Shown here one piece after another: positions 10,075 through 20,299 of a stretch of DNA of 64,000 nucleotides. The translations under genes were made by a program, and so were the position numbers. The notes under the pieces were generated by a model. It did no database searches and was not told the DNA's origin. It saw only the letters and a program-made list of their open reading frames with translations. Origin of the DNA: a virus; IMG/VR virus record IMGVR_UViG_3300025085_002722, positions 1 through 64,000 of that record. One strand, 5' to 3'. Within the stretch, counting starts at the first letter, position 1; every line of letters starts with the position of its first letter.

Positions 10075-10695
10075 ATGGCAGTAACAAAAGATAAATTTGG
10101 TGTACCTATTGAAGGTGCTCGATTAGGTATTTTACAACCTAAACTCAAATACAGATTCCGTGTAATCGTAACTGGATTTGGAGCAGGTGGTAGAACCGAT
10201 GAGTTTACAAGTAACATCGTGAGTGTAACTAGACCAACATTTAATGTTGACGAAGTTGAAGTTCACAGTTATAACTCTCGTGCATATATTTCAGGTAAAC
10301 ATCAATGGGAAGCGATTAATCTCAGTTTAAGGGATGATATTACTAACCAAGTTTCCGCTTTAGTCGGTCAGCAAATCCAAAGACAATTTAACCATTTCGA
10401 ACAAACTACCGCAGTTAGTGGTGGAGACTATAAATTCGATATGCTTATCCAAGTCTTAGATGGTACAAATGCTGAGCCAACAGAGCAATGGGAACTAGAA
10501 GGATGTATGCTACAACAGGTTAACTATAGTGATCACTCATATGATGCCAGCGAAATTGTTCAACTAGACTTGAACGTCAGATACGATAACGCGGTACATG
10601 TGGCAGGACCTAATACACTCGGTGGTAAAGTTGCCGCAGGTGACCCATTCCCATTGGTATCACCACTACCAGCAACACCAGGCACTGGAGTATAA
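10075..10695 (+). CDS. Tail tube protein (gp19-like)
   Basis: PKLKYRFRV, VTRPTF, GKHQWEAINLSLRDD, WELEGC, LNVRYDNA; follows the sheath gene. Confidence 0.88.
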   Translation: MAVTKDKFGVPIEGARLGILQPKLKYRFRVIVTGFGAGGRTDEFTSNIVSVTRPTFNVDEVEVHSYNSRAYISGKHQWEAINLSLRDDITNQVSALVGQQIQRQFNHFEQTTAVSGGDYKFDMLIQVLDGTNAEPTEQWELEGCMLQQVNYSDHSYDASEIVQLDLNVRYDNAVHVAGPNTLGGKVAAGDPFPLVSPLPATPGTGV

Positions 10696-10723
10696 TTTAG
10701 GCCTATATCTATAGGGAGGACCG

Positions 10724-11788
10724 ATGGCGAAATTCTGGAAAGAGTTAATCGGCGGACAAGTTAAAAACGGGATTTATGTAGCCGGACCTAGACACGCAAG
10801 TAGTAAACTAGCGAGTTTTAGTACCGGCAATCCCCCTCGTTTGCCGTTTCAGTATATAGTTCATTTTGAACTAAATCCCACATTACAAGCATTATTTTTA
10901 AATAAGACTGGGCCTTATTCCCTAGCACAAATGGTCAAAACAATTGATATGCCAAGTATGGCTGTGACAGTTGAAAAAAGACCAAAGTATAATAAAAATG
11001 TTCCAGTAATTTTAACAAAAGAATTCAAACCTTTTAATGTAACAGTACATGATGATGTATCGAGTACATGGCAAGAACTGTGGCAAGTATATTACAATTA
11101 TCATTTTACTGATGGCAGACATACTCAAGCAGTTCCAGGAGTTGCTTCAGGTGAACTCCAAGACTGGAATAGTGTAATACATAATAGTAAACTAATAAGA
11201 CACGAAGGCGACCATATGAGTCAATTCGATGGTATAGATGTTCATAATGCCACAAATGCACAATTCTTTAATAATATTCATGTTTATCAAATACATGGTC
11301 AAACAGTACAACGCACAACAGCCGTCAATCCGATGATCAGTGATGTGTCGTTTACGCCACTAGATTACGCAGGAGCAGGAAGTTCACAGGAAATAACTTT
11401 TGCATTTGAATACGAAAAGTTACATTATTCTCCTGTTATAAATTTTGATTTTGATGAGGAAAGCACATTCTTACAAGAGGCTATAGAAGATTATACTAAA
11501 GCAACACCATTCAATCCAACCGGTGATAGACTAAGAGGAATTGTAAAAGGTTTATTTGGATTAACTCAACGTGCCGGCAATAGAGGCAAAAATTTAACTG
11601 CTGTAAATACAGCACCAAGACAAGACTACGGTGGCGATTTAAGTAGTATAAAAACAGCAGGTGAAGATCCCGAAGCAGTTGGATTCTTTGGTAACCTAGT
11701 TCGTAATGCTGTTAGAAAAAAAGCAAATGAACTTACCGATGGATTACTCAAGAAAAATAACAAAAACCTTAGCAAGTTCAAGATATAA
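10724..11788 (+). CDS. Tube-fold baseplate/tail-tube initiator (gp48/gp54-like)
   Basis: VKTIDMPS, FKPFNVTVHDD and LDY...ITFAFEYE parallel the tube protein motifs; SD GGAGG. Confidence 0.6.
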   Translation: MAKFWKELIGGQVKNGIYVAGPRHASSKLASFSTGNPPRLPFQYIVHFELNPTLQALFLNKTGPYSLAQMVKTIDMPSMAVTVEKRPKYNKNVPVILTKEFKPFNVTVHDDVSSTWQELWQVYYNYHFTDGRHTQAVPGVASGELQDWNSVIHNSKLIRHEGDHMSQFDGIDVHNATNAQFFNNIHVYQIHGQTVQRTTAVNPMISDVSFTPLDYAGAGSSQEITFAFEYEKLHYSPVINFDFDEESTFLQEAIEDYTKATPFNPTGDRLRGIVKGLFGLTQRAGNRGKNLTAVNTAPRQDYGGDLSSIKTAGEDPEAVGFFGNLVRNAVRKKANELTDGLLKKNNKNLSKFKI

Positions 11789-11791
11789 AAC

Positions 11792-12223
11792 ATGAGTAAC
11801 ATATACAAAAATTTTGGAGTAGATTTTGACACAAATAAGTCTGATAACTCCTATAAAATTATATCCAAAACAGGTGAAGATTTAAGTATCAATCCTGAAG
11901 TACTACAAATAAAACAATTAACAACACAGGCAAACACAATTAAAAACGGTGTAGACGGATATAAAATTGAGCAGGTATTTGCAGATTTTAAAAGTGCTGG
12001 TTTAACAGAAAAATTAGCAAACTTCTATACAATCACACTAAAAGAAATTGCAGATAACACAGAAGTAGATATGCTATCTCTGTATACAAAAGAAGATAAC
12101 AAAATACTGATTAACAATAGTGTAATGGCTCTTATCAACAATACCTTACCAAATTCGGTAAGATTTCAAAACTCTGTAAACATCAAATCAAATAAATACG
12201 TTCGCCTACTCATAGGGGCGTAA
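11792..12223 (+). CDS. Hypothetical protein
   Basis: 143-aa ORF tightly packed in the tail operon. Confidence 0.65.
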   Translation: MSNIYKNFGVDFDTNKSDNSYKIISKTGEDLSINPEVLQIKQLTTQANTIKNGVDGYKIEQVFADFKSAGLTEKLANFYTITLKEIADNTEVDMLSLYTKEDNKILINNSVMALINNTLPNSVRFQNSVNIKSNKYVRLLIGA

Positions 12224-12224
12224 C

Positions 12225-12665
12225 ATGGCCAAATACGCCAAAGGCACATTCGAACCACAAAATCCCGGAAAGTACACAGGTGCTAAAACTCCTTACTATC
12301 GCAGTAGTTGGGAACTAGCATTTATGAACATGTGTGACAGTCATCCTAATATTACACAATGGGCAAGTGAAAATTTAAAAATCCCATACAGACACCCTGT
12401 AACAGGAAAGCATACAGTATATGTACCAGACTTTACAGTAATTTACACTGATAAAGATGGCAAGAATCATATGGAAGTAATTGAGATAAAACCAGGCAGT
12501 CAAAGTACAATGGAAAGTGCAAGAAGTAGTGCAGAAAAAATTCAAGTTGCCATTAACTTAGCCAAATGGACAGCCGCAAATGAGTGGTGCCAACGCAAAG
12601 GTGTACGGTTTAGAGTGTTAAATGAGAATCACATATACATGAACACCAAGAAGAGAAAGAACTAA
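12225..12665 (+). CDS. Head completion nuclease (T4 gp4-like, TnsA-type fold)
   Basis: PQNPGKY, YRSSWE, WASE..IPY, YVPDF, IEIKP, INLAKWTAA. Confidence 0.88.
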   Translation: MAKYAKGTFEPQNPGKYTGAKTPYYRSSWELAFMNMCDSHPNITQWASENLKIPYRHPVTGKHTVYVPDFTVIYTDKDGKNHMEVIEIKPGSQSTMESARSSAEKIQVAINLAKWTAANEWCQRKGVRFRVLNENHIYMNTKKRKN

Positions 12666-12673
12666 ATACAACT

Positions 12674-13138
12674 ATGACACGCAAACTAGAAGAAGAATTT
12701 AATTTGCCTCCAATAGAAGACGTGTTGCCTGTTGAGAAAAAAGAAGAAAGCAAAGAAATTACAGAAGTAGAAATCAAAGAAGCATTAACAAATGCAGAAA
12801 AAATTGATTCTGCTTTACCTAGAGTTAAAGATTTAGAAACACATGATAAAGAAATGGAAGATATTGCACAGAAGGCAATTGATAGTTATGATGAACTTAT
12901 GAATTTAGGTATGAATGTGCAAGATGCTCATGCAGGAAGAGTATTTGAAACAGCAAGTAAAATGTTACAAATAGCAATGGACAGTAAAAATGCCAAAGTC
13001 GACAAAAAATTAAAGATGATTGACTTGCAAATACGCAAAATGAGGCTAGATCAGAATGAAGGAACAGAGACTAGTAGCGATGGCGGTGTAATGGATAGAA
13101 ATCACATCCTCCAAATTTTAAACAAAAAAGATAAATAA
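12674..13138 (+). CDS. Putative terminase small subunit (gp16-like)
   Basis: Helical 154-aa protein with AGRVFETASKML and C-terminal DRNHIL; upstream of TerL; CTAAATA-N5-ATG. Confidence 0.5.
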   Translation: MTRKLEEEFNLPPIEDVLPVEKKEESKEITEVEIKEALTNAEKIDSALPRVKDLETHDKEMEDIAQKAIDSYDELMNLGMNVQDAHAGRVFETASKMLQIAMDSKNAKVDKKLKMIDLQIRKMRLDQNEGTETSSDGGVMDRNHILQILNKKDK

Positions 13139-13154
13139 CTACATAGGAGATAGT

Positions 13155-13844
13155 ATGAAAGCACCTTTTAAACAAATTATAAAAGAAAGTTTTAGTAAAA
13201 CATTTAATTATAGAATCAAATTTGCTGGCGATGTTACCAACGAAGGTATCAAGCAATTAGAAAATATTCTTGGCAAGTATGGTGTTGAGAGTGTTAGTAG
13301 TGCTAAAAGAACTCCTATTCAAGATGAGCCTTTGGACTTTAAAAACAAAAGACTAAAAGGACCAACAGAAGTAACAAGTGTAGATGTTGTACTTAAATAT
13401 CCAATAAACGAAAGATTATTAGAAGTTTGGGTAGCAGTAAATATGCAAATGCTTTCAGAATATGTTGTAATTCAACCAGTAGAAAGTCCTAGAACATTAG
13501 AAGATGAAGTCACAAAAAACAGAATCGAAAATGACAAGGATAGATATGCTGATATGGAAGAAGCAGAATTAACAAACGAAGAACAAGCACATTACGAAAT
13601 TGAAAACAAAGATTTAGACTTTGCAGAATTAGGAATGTACGGCGAAGAGTTTAATTCAAAATTTATAGCAGAATTACAAAAAATCAAAGATGAAAAAGGT
13701 GCTGATTATTTTAGAAACTATCCTAGCAAAAGCATGATGATGGGCGATGACCTCAAACCATTAGCAGACGCAGTAGGACTAGCACACGATCCAAGTGTAC
13801 AAGGTAACGAGTATCCAATTAATCAAGGACCGGTAGTACAATAA
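13155..13844 (+). CDS. Hypothetical late protein
   Basis: 229 aa; late promoter at 13131 plus SD AGGAG. Confidence 0.7.
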   Translation: MKAPFKQIIKESFSKTFNYRIKFAGDVTNEGIKQLENILGKYGVESVSSAKRTPIQDEPLDFKNKRLKGPTEVTSVDVVLKYPINERLLEVWVAVNMQMLSEYVVIQPVESPRTLEDEVTKNRIENDKDRYADMEEAELTNEEQAHYEIENKDLDFAELGMYGEEFNSKFIAELQKIKDEKGADYFRNYPSKSMMMGDDLKPLADAVGLAHDPSVQGNEYPINQGPVVQ

Positions 13845-14329
13845 TGTCAGACGAAATTAGAAACTATATTTCCATCATGGAGTCATTTTATATGTCTTCT
13901 CCATATGGACAACAAAGCGAAAGCGATGATAAGGAAACAGTAACTTATAGCAAGACTAAGAAGCAAGGCGATAATACTGTTACTGTGAGTGCTAATGCTG
14001 ACAGCATGGACGAACTACACGACATTTTAAAACTTGCAGGTATCACATTACCTAAAGGCAAAGATTCAGAAGAAGAACACGACCACGAAGAACATGATCA
14101 CGATGAAGAACCAAAACAAGGCGAGTACGCAGACGATATGTGTGATGGTTGCGGAAAGCCTGGTGATGAGTGCGAATGTGAAGACTGCGATCAACACGGC
14201 GATGACGATGAAGGTGAAAAGAAGCCTGTGGTAATTAGTCTCAAACCAAAAGGAATGGGATATGATCCAGTAGGTGGTGATAAAAAAGAAATTCTTAACG
14301 CATTAATGAACCGTTACAAAAGCCTGTAA
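13844..14329 (+). CDS. Acidic His/Cys-rich hypothetical protein
   Basis: HDHEEHDHDEE and CDGCGKPGDECECEDC; TAATG coupling to the upstream gene. Confidence 0.7.
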   Translation: MSDEIRNYISIMESFYMSSPYGQQSESDDKETVTYSKTKKQGDNTVTVSANADSMDELHDILKLAGITLPKGKDSEEEHDHEEHDHDEEPKQGEYADDMCDGCGKPGDECECEDCDQHGDDDEGEKKPVVISLKPKGMGYDPVGGDKKEILNALMNRYKSL

Positions 14330-14366
14330 ACACTTTTCTTAACCAAAAACCCACATAAATAACTGT

Positions 14367-15935
14367 ATGCCTAAAGGAACGCAGGATTACAGTTTAACCA
14401 AACGAGCATTTGCAAAGCAAAACTTCACCGAAGATCAAATCGTTGAGTTACAAAATTGTATGGATCTAATGACTGGTCCAGCATACTTTATGGAACATTT
14501 TGTAAAAATACAACACCCTACAAAAGGCGGAATTAAGTTTGAGCCTTTTGAATTCCAAGAAAGATTAATTGATACATATTCTAAATATCGATACAGTATT
14601 AACATGTTACCCAGACAGACTGGTAAAACAACATGTGCGGCCGCATACTTACTTTGGTATGCAATGTTTGTAGCAGACAGCACAATACTTGTAGCGGCAC
14701 ATAAACACACAGGTGCTCAAGAGATCATGCAACGTATTAGGTATGCTTACGAAAGTGTACCTGATCATATTAGAGCAGGTGTTACAGAATACAACAAAGG
14801 TAGTTTAAGTTTTGATAATGGTAGCAGGATAGTTAGTGCTACAACAACTGAAAATACTGGTAGGGGTATGTCACTTTCATTGGTATACTTAGATGAGTTT
14901 GCATTCGTACCGCCACGCATCGCGTCTGAGTTTTGGACAGCACTATCGCCGACATTAAGTACAGGCGGTAAGTGTATTGTTACAAGTACACCTAACAGTG
15001 ACGACGACACATTTGCAAACATATGGCATCAAGCAATACAACAAGTAGACGAATACGGAGAAGAACAAGACGTAGGCACAAATGGATTTAAAGCATTTCG
15101 TGTTAATTGGCAAGAGCACCCAGACAGAGACGAACTTTGGGCAAAAGCAGAACGTAGTAGAATTGGCGAAGAAAGATTTAGACGTGAACACGAATGTGAA
15201 TTTATTATATACGATGAAACACTTATAGATTCTCTTAAATTAGTTGACATGAAAGGTGTTGATCCAATCAGACGCAGTGGCCAAATACGTTGGTATGAAA
15301 ACATTGACCCAAACAAAATATATGTAATAACACTTGACCCTAGTACAGGAACAGGCGGCGACAATGCGGCCATAGTGTGTTATGATTTACCTAGTATGAA
15401 TCAAGTGTGCGAATGGCAACACAATAAAACTCCCATAGAAGGACAAATAAAACTACTACGAGATATAGCATTAGAATTAAAAAGCGAAGGTGCTACAGAA
15501 ATATACTGGACTGTAGAAAATAATGCTATCGGCGAAGCGGCATTAGTAGTAATCAGAGACACAGGCGAAGAAAGTTTCCCAGGCACATTCTTGCATGAAC
15601 CAAATAAAGTACAAGGCAAAAAAGGAAGAAAAGGTTACCACACACATCATAAAAACAAAATGGAAGGTGCGTTAGCAATGAAACGACTTATAGAAAGTGG
15701 TAAACTTAAATTGCGTAGTAAAAACATTATTAGAGAATTAAAAGAATTTGTAGCACGTGGTACAACCTTTGCGGCAAAACCAGGAGGCAGTGATGACTTG
15801 GTTATGGCTACATTAGTAGCAGTTAGAATGATAACATACATAGCACAATACGAAGATGCTATATATGACGAAATAGAAACCAGTGTAGGCGATGATGACG
15901 ATTACAGTGGTCCTATGCCAATAGGTGTTTTATAA
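14367..15935 (+). CDS. Terminase large subunit (gp17-like)
   Basis: Walker A PRQTGKTT, Walker B VYLDEFAF, motif C TSTPN, nuclease LDPSTG and DDLVMA. Confidence 0.96.
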   Translation: MPKGTQDYSLTKRAFAKQNFTEDQIVELQNCMDLMTGPAYFMEHFVKIQHPTKGGIKFEPFEFQERLIDTYSKYRYSINMLPRQTGKTTCAAAYLLWYAMFVADSTILVAAHKHTGAQEIMQRIRYAYESVPDHIRAGVTEYNKGSLSFDNGSRIVSATTTENTGRGMSLSLVYLDEFAFVPPRIASEFWTALSPTLSTGGKCIVTSTPNSDDDTFANIWHQAIQQVDEYGEEQDVGTNGFKAFRVNWQEHPDRDELWAKAERSRIGEERFRREHECEFIIYDETLIDSLKLVDMKGVDPIRRSGQIRWYENIDPNKIYVITLDPSTGTGGDNAAIVCYDLPSMNQVCEWQHNKTPIEGQIKLLRDIALELKSEGATEIYWTVENNAIGEAALVVIRDTGEESFPGTFLHEPNKVQGKKGRKGYHTHHKNKMEGALAMKRLIESGKLKLRSKNIIRELKEFVARGTTFAAKPGGSDDLVMATLVAVRMITYIAQYEDAIYDEIETSVGDDDDYSGPMPIGVL

Positions 15936-15959
15936 TTAGTTTTTTTGATAAATATAAGT

Positions 15960-17195
15960 ATGAACAATAAAGCAGAAATTAACAGTAAACTATTTGATTT
16001 CCTAAAAGGTAATGGTTTAAAACTGACTTTAAAAGACGACCAGGGCAACGATACATTAGAAGTTGAGGATGCCGAGAGATTTTTTAGCAGTGATCCAAAC
16101 TTAATGGTCACTATAGATCCAGAAGAAAAAGAAGTTAAGTTAAGTAGATCTAAAGTTGTTCATGAAGACATCATAAATAAAATACATAAAGGTGTAAAGG
16201 AAATTGCCCATAACGGATTATACAGTTTTAAATATAAAATATACGGCAAAAATATAACACCAAAACATGATGAGTATAAAGTGAAATCAGAAGTTACAGA
16301 AGCAAGTTTAGGAAAAATGTATGGTAGCACCAAAACAAGTTACCAACCATTAGACGCAGTCAAAATAGTTGTAAGACACACTAAACCTGTGAACGAAGAA
16401 GTTAGAGGTTCTAGAAGCAGACAAATATCTAAAATCTTTATACAACGAGCAGATGAAAGATTTGCACTACCTCATAAAAGTTTAGCAGGTGCCAGAGCAA
16501 TGGCACGTCACGTACATAACGGCGGTAATCCTTTTGACCAAGTAGGTCATTCCATTAATGAAATGGTACAAAATATCACAGACTTATCACAGTTTGTTAG
16601 ATATGTAGACAGAAAAGGTTTAGTTAATGAAGAAAACAACGAGTATGTACAAATAGCAAAAGAATCAATATCTACAATGAGACAAAACTTAAAACAATTA
16701 AGTGGAGCAAAATCATATGCTAAAGCAGTAGATACAATTGATGCAATGAATACATTGACATTAAGTGAAGATGAACAAGATTTATCAAGTTTATTCACAG
16801 AAAAGCATGTTGACAATACTGTACAATCTGCATTTCCTAGCATTAATAGACTAGTTAATATTCAACGTTCAGTTACAGAATACATTGAAAATTCTATTGA
16901 AAATAATAGATTCAGTGTACCAGCAATTAACGAAGATGCTGTTGAATTTCCTAATAAAAAATCTGAAATTGCACACAAATTAAATACAATTAGTGAAAGC
17001 ATTGATGATAAGATTTTAAAAGAATTTATCAACAACACAACAGTTAAGATTCTGAAAGATCAGAAACTTGACGAATTTACTGTAAACATGGTTAAGAAAT
17101 TAATCAGTAAAGTAAACGAGAAAGTAGAAAGTAATATAGACCAAGATTTAGTAGAATTTGTTGATTTTACCGAAAAACTAAACAAAATCTGTTAA
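15960..17195 (+). CDS. Conserved hypothetical late protein
   Basis: 411 aa; start reassigned to ATG 15960, 5 nt after ATAAATA(15948-54). Confidence 0.72.
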   Translation: MNNKAEINSKLFDFLKGNGLKLTLKDDQGNDTLEVEDAERFFSSDPNLMVTIDPEEKEVKLSRSKVVHEDIINKIHKGVKEIAHNGLYSFKYKIYGKNITPKHDEYKVKSEVTEASLGKMYGSTKTSYQPLDAVKIVVRHTKPVNEEVRGSRSRQISKIFIQRADERFALPHKSLAGARAMARHVHNGGNPFDQVGHSINEMVQNITDLSQFVRYVDRKGLVNEENNEYVQIAKESISTMRQNLKQLSGAKSYAKAVDTIDAMNTLTLSEDEQDLSSLFTEKHVDNTVQSAFPSINRLVNIQRSVTEYIENSIENNRFSVPAINEDAVEFPNKKSEIAHKLNTISESIDDKILKEFINNTTVKILKDQKLDEFTVNMVKKLISKVNEKVESNIDQDLVEFVDFTEKLNKIC

Positions 17196-17268
17196 ATCTG
17201 ATATATATTAGAGTAAAGTTAATTTAGAAGAAATTTTAAATTAGATTACATAACATGGCAAAAAGAGG

Positions 17269-17297
17269 TTGACTTCAACTTCAAAAGGCATTATAAT
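17269..17297 (+). promoter_or_regulatory. sigma70-type promoter for ssb
   Basis: TTGACT, 17 nt, TATAAT. Confidence 0.8.
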
Positions 17298-17353
17298 AGG
17301 CAAACAAGTGTAAGAATTTATGTTTACACGACATGGCAAACAAGGAGAAAAAC

Positions 17354-18361
17354 ATGGCAACATTGGCTGAAATTAGAGCAAAACTAGCCGCAATGGATAC
17401 TAAACCAGGCGGTTCACAAACAGGTGGCGATAATGCTATCTACCCATTTTGGAACATCTCAGAGGGCACTAGTGCTACACTAAGATTTCTTCCAGACGGA
17501 GACCCCAACAACACATTCTTTTGGACTGAACGACAAATGATTCGTTTACAGTTCCCTGGCATAAAGGGTGGTGATATGAAACCTACAACTGTACAAGTAC
17601 CTTGTATGGAAATGTGGGGAGAACAATGTCCGGTTCATAACGAAATCAGACCTTGGTTCAAAGATTCTTCATTAGAAGATATGGGTCGTAAGTATTGGAA
17701 AAAGAGAAGTTATATTTTCCAAGGGTATGTAGTAGATAGTCCACTACAAGAGGACACAACTCCAGAGAATCCAATCAGAAGATTCATCATTGGACCTCAA
17801 ATATTCAACATTATCAAGGGTGCATTAATGGACCCAGATATGGAAAATATTCCAACAGATTATGTCAACGGTACAGACTTTAGATTGACAAAAACCACAA
17901 AAGGTCAGTATGCTGACTATTCAACAAGTAAGTGGGCAAGAAAAGAAAGATCATTAGATGAGAATGAACTTGCCGCAGTTGATACAAATGGGTTATTTGA
18001 TCTAAAAGACTTTTTACCTAAGAAGCCATCAGCAGAGGAAGTAGATGTTATTTACAACATGTTCCAAGATTCTGTAAATGGTGAACTTTATGACAACGAT
18101 AAGTACGGTAACTTTTTTAGACCTATTGGCCAGGCCGCACCTGCTAAGGTACAAACACCTTCAGCACCGGCTCAGGCTCCAGCAACTCCAGTAGCAGAAA
18201 CTACTCCGGCACCAGCACCAGCGGCTGAGCCTGTAGCACCTGCACCGGCAGTTCAACCAGTAACAGAAACAGTAAGTGCTTCTGCCGAAAACACTTCTAA
18301 TGAAACTGGTAAAGCATCAGCAGATGACATCCTGCAGATGATTAGGAATCGTCAACAGTAA
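17354..18361 (+). CDS. Single-stranded DNA-binding protein (gp32-like)
   Basis: ATLRFLPD, CPVH, KYWKKRSYIFQGYV and YADYSTSKW, with a Pro/Ala linker tail. SD AAGGAG favours ATG 17354 over 17333. Confidence 0.88.
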   Translation: MATLAEIRAKLAAMDTKPGGSQTGGDNAIYPFWNISEGTSATLRFLPDGDPNNTFFWTERQMIRLQFPGIKGGDMKPTTVQVPCMEMWGEQCPVHNEIRPWFKDSSLEDMGRKYWKKRSYIFQGYVVDSPLQEDTTPENPIRRFIIGPQIFNIIKGALMDPDMENIPTDYVNGTDFRLTKTTKGQYADYSTSKWARKERSLDENELAAVDTNGLFDLKDFLPKKPSAEEVDVIYNMFQDSVNGELYDNDKYGNFFRPIGQAAPAKVQTPSAPAQAPATPVAETTPAPAPAAEPVAPAPAVQPVTETVSASAENTSNETGKASADDILQMIRNRQQ

Positions 18362-18374
18362 TTGTTGATGACTG

Positions 18375-18436
18375 GTAGCCATACTTAGGGATTTGAATAC
18401 TTGGTCCTGTTTACTTCAAAGAACTAGTATGGCTAC
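18375..18436 (+). other. Long intergenic RNA hairpin
   Basis: GTAGCCATACT(18375-85) pairs with AGTATGGCTAC(18426-36); inner TTTGAA/TTCAAA stem; followed by ATTTTT. Confidence 0.65.
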
Positions 18437-18453
18437 ATTTTTAAGGAATAAAA

Positions 18454-19188
18454 ATGAGTACATTATTAGCAATAGGCGATAGCCACACATTTGGGTCAGA
18501 GATATATGGCGAAGGCGATAATCGCCCTGAATCAATATACAAGGCTTACCCAGAGAAACTAAAACAACTATTAGAAATAGATGAATGTGTTAATCTAGGG
18601 CAACCTGGTGCTAGTATTATGCGAACTGAAAGACTATTAGTCGAATACTTAGCAGACAATCCCAAACCAGACTTAGTTATACTAGGTTGGACATGTTTAG
18701 GCAGATATGAATATGCTGACGGTTTTGATGATGACGGTTCGTATCATTATAATTTAGTGAACAGTTGGAGAGCACCAGAAATGGTAGAAGGCTCAGAAAG
18801 ATATGAAACTTATAAACAGTTTTTGCCTATCTGTTTAGCAGAAGACTTATTAGCACAAAAATATAGGGCAATGTATATATGTGAAAATATATGCAAAAAT
18901 AATAACATTCCATATCTAATGTTTGATGTAATGACAAACACAAAGGATGAAGCACCGCTAGAAGGCGAAGACGTAAAATTTTGGTCAGGTGATCATCCAG
19001 TTGATAAATCATTATATAAGGCAATAGATAAAAACAATTATATGGAAACAAGTTATTGGGACTGGATTATGAATGGCAAATTTCCAGAAGTTAAAATTAA
19101 CGGAGGCCATGCCAATGAAGCAGGGCACGAGAGATGGGCACAGAAACTAGTCGAAGAATTAAAAGAAAGGAATATATACGGAGTATAA
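18454..19188 (+). CDS. SGNH/GDSL hydrolase-like protein
   Basis: Block I AIGDSHTFG, NLGQPGAS, C-terminal GHANEAGHERWA. Confidence 0.78.
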   Translation: MSTLLAIGDSHTFGSEIYGEGDNRPESIYKAYPEKLKQLLEIDECVNLGQPGASIMRTERLLVEYLADNPKPDLVILGWTCLGRYEYADGFDDDGSYHYNLVNSWRAPEMVEGSERYETYKQFLPICLAEDLLAQKYRAMYICENICKNNNIPYLMFDVMTNTKDEAPLEGEDVKFWSGDHPVDKSLYKAIDKNNYMETSYWDWIMNGKFPEVKINGGHANEAGHERWAQKLVEELKERNIYGV

Positions 19189-19189
19189 A

Positions 19190-20299
19190 ATGCAAAAACC
19201 ATTTGATTTAAGCAAATTTAGAACCGGCATCACTAAAAGTATTAGTGGTATTAGTGCCGGTTTTCACGATCCAGTAGATTGGATCAGCACAGGAAACCAC
19301 ACACTCAATTATTTGATCAGTGGTGATTTTAACAAAGGCGTACCACTAGGTAAAGTTAGTGTGTTCGCTGGTGAGTCCGGTTCAGGTAAAAGTTTTATTT
19401 GTTCAGGTAATTTAGTCAGAAATGCACAAGACCATGGCTGTCAGGTTGTGTTATTTGACTCAGAAAATGCTCTTGACGAAGATTGGCTCAAAGCATTAAA
19501 CGTTGACACTAGTCCAGAGAAACTATTAAAGATTAGTGTGTCAATGATTGATGATGTGGCAAAATCTATTTCAGAGTTTATGAAAGACTATAAAAGCAAT
19601 TATGGTGATTTAGAGTATGATGAAATGCCTAAGTTATTATTTGTTGTGGACAGTTTGGGTATGTTGCTAACCCCTACAGATGTAGATCAGTTTCAAAAAG
19701 GTGACATGAAAGGTGACATGGGTCGTAAGCCAAAGGCTCTTACAGCATTGGTTAGAAATACTGTTAACCAATTAGCACCATACCCAATCGGCTTAGTGTG
19801 TACTAACCACACTTATGCATCACAGGATATGTTTGACCCAGATGATAAAATCAGTGGCGGACAAGGCTTTGTGTATGCAAGTAGCATAGTAGTTGCTATC
19901 AAAAAACTAAAACTCAAAGAAGATGCAGACGGTAACAAGGTGTCAACAGTACAAGGTATTAGAGCGGCATGTAAAGTAATGAAGTCAAGATACAGCAAAC
20001 CTTTTGAAGGTGTACAAATTAAGATTCCATATGAAACTGGCATGGACCCTTACAGTGGTATGTTAGAAATGCTTGAAGCAAAAGGCATTGTGGAAAAAGT
20101 TGGTAACAAACTGTCGTATGTTTCGCCTGTAACTGGAGAAGAAATAAAAGAGTTCAGAAAAGGCTGGTCAGGAGAAAAACTTCAGGTAATTATAGATGAA
20201 TGGGGTCAAAATCCTAAAGCAGTAGCAGAAGATATCGATGACGATATTGACGAGAATGAAATTGACGACCCTTCAGTATACGAGGAGAATGTTGAATGA
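19190..20299 (+). CDS. uvsX: RecA-like recombinase UvsX
   Basis: GESGSGKS, FDSENALD, VVDSLGML, DMGRKPKAL, NHTY, SGGQG. Confidence 0.93.
   Translation: MQKPFDLSKFRTGITKSISGISAGFHDPVDWISTGNHTLNYLISGDFNKGVPLGKVSVFAGESGSGKSFICSGNLVRNAQDHGCQVVLFDSENALDEDWLKALNVDTSPEKLLKISVSMIDDVAKSISEFMKDYKSNYGDLEYDEMPKLLFVVDSLGMLLTPTDVDQFQKGDMKGDMGRKPKALTALVRNTVNQLAPYPIGLVCTNHTYASQDMFDPDDKISGGQGFVYASSIVVAIKKLKLKEDADGNKVSTVQGIRAACKVMKSRYSKPFEGVQIKIPYETGMDPYSGMLEMLEAKGIVEKVGNKLSYVSPVTGEEIKEFRKGWSGEKLQVIIDEWGQNPKAVAEDIDDDIDENEIDDPSVYEENVE

Noticed and set aside
10702-10720. CCTAT/ATAGG hairpin next to the SD of the 10724 gene
   Set aside because: Only about 5 bp and AT-rich; too weak to call regulatory.
12225-12665. 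TnsA-like nuclease as evidence of a Tn7 element
   Set aside because: Motifs and position match T4 gp4 head completion protein; no tnsB/C or terminal repeats seen.
18130-18270. Repetitive GC-richer tract in ssb, and the similar poly-Pro tract at ~63437-63492
   Set aside because: Both are explained by Pro/Ala low-complexity protein linkers, not DNA repeat elements.
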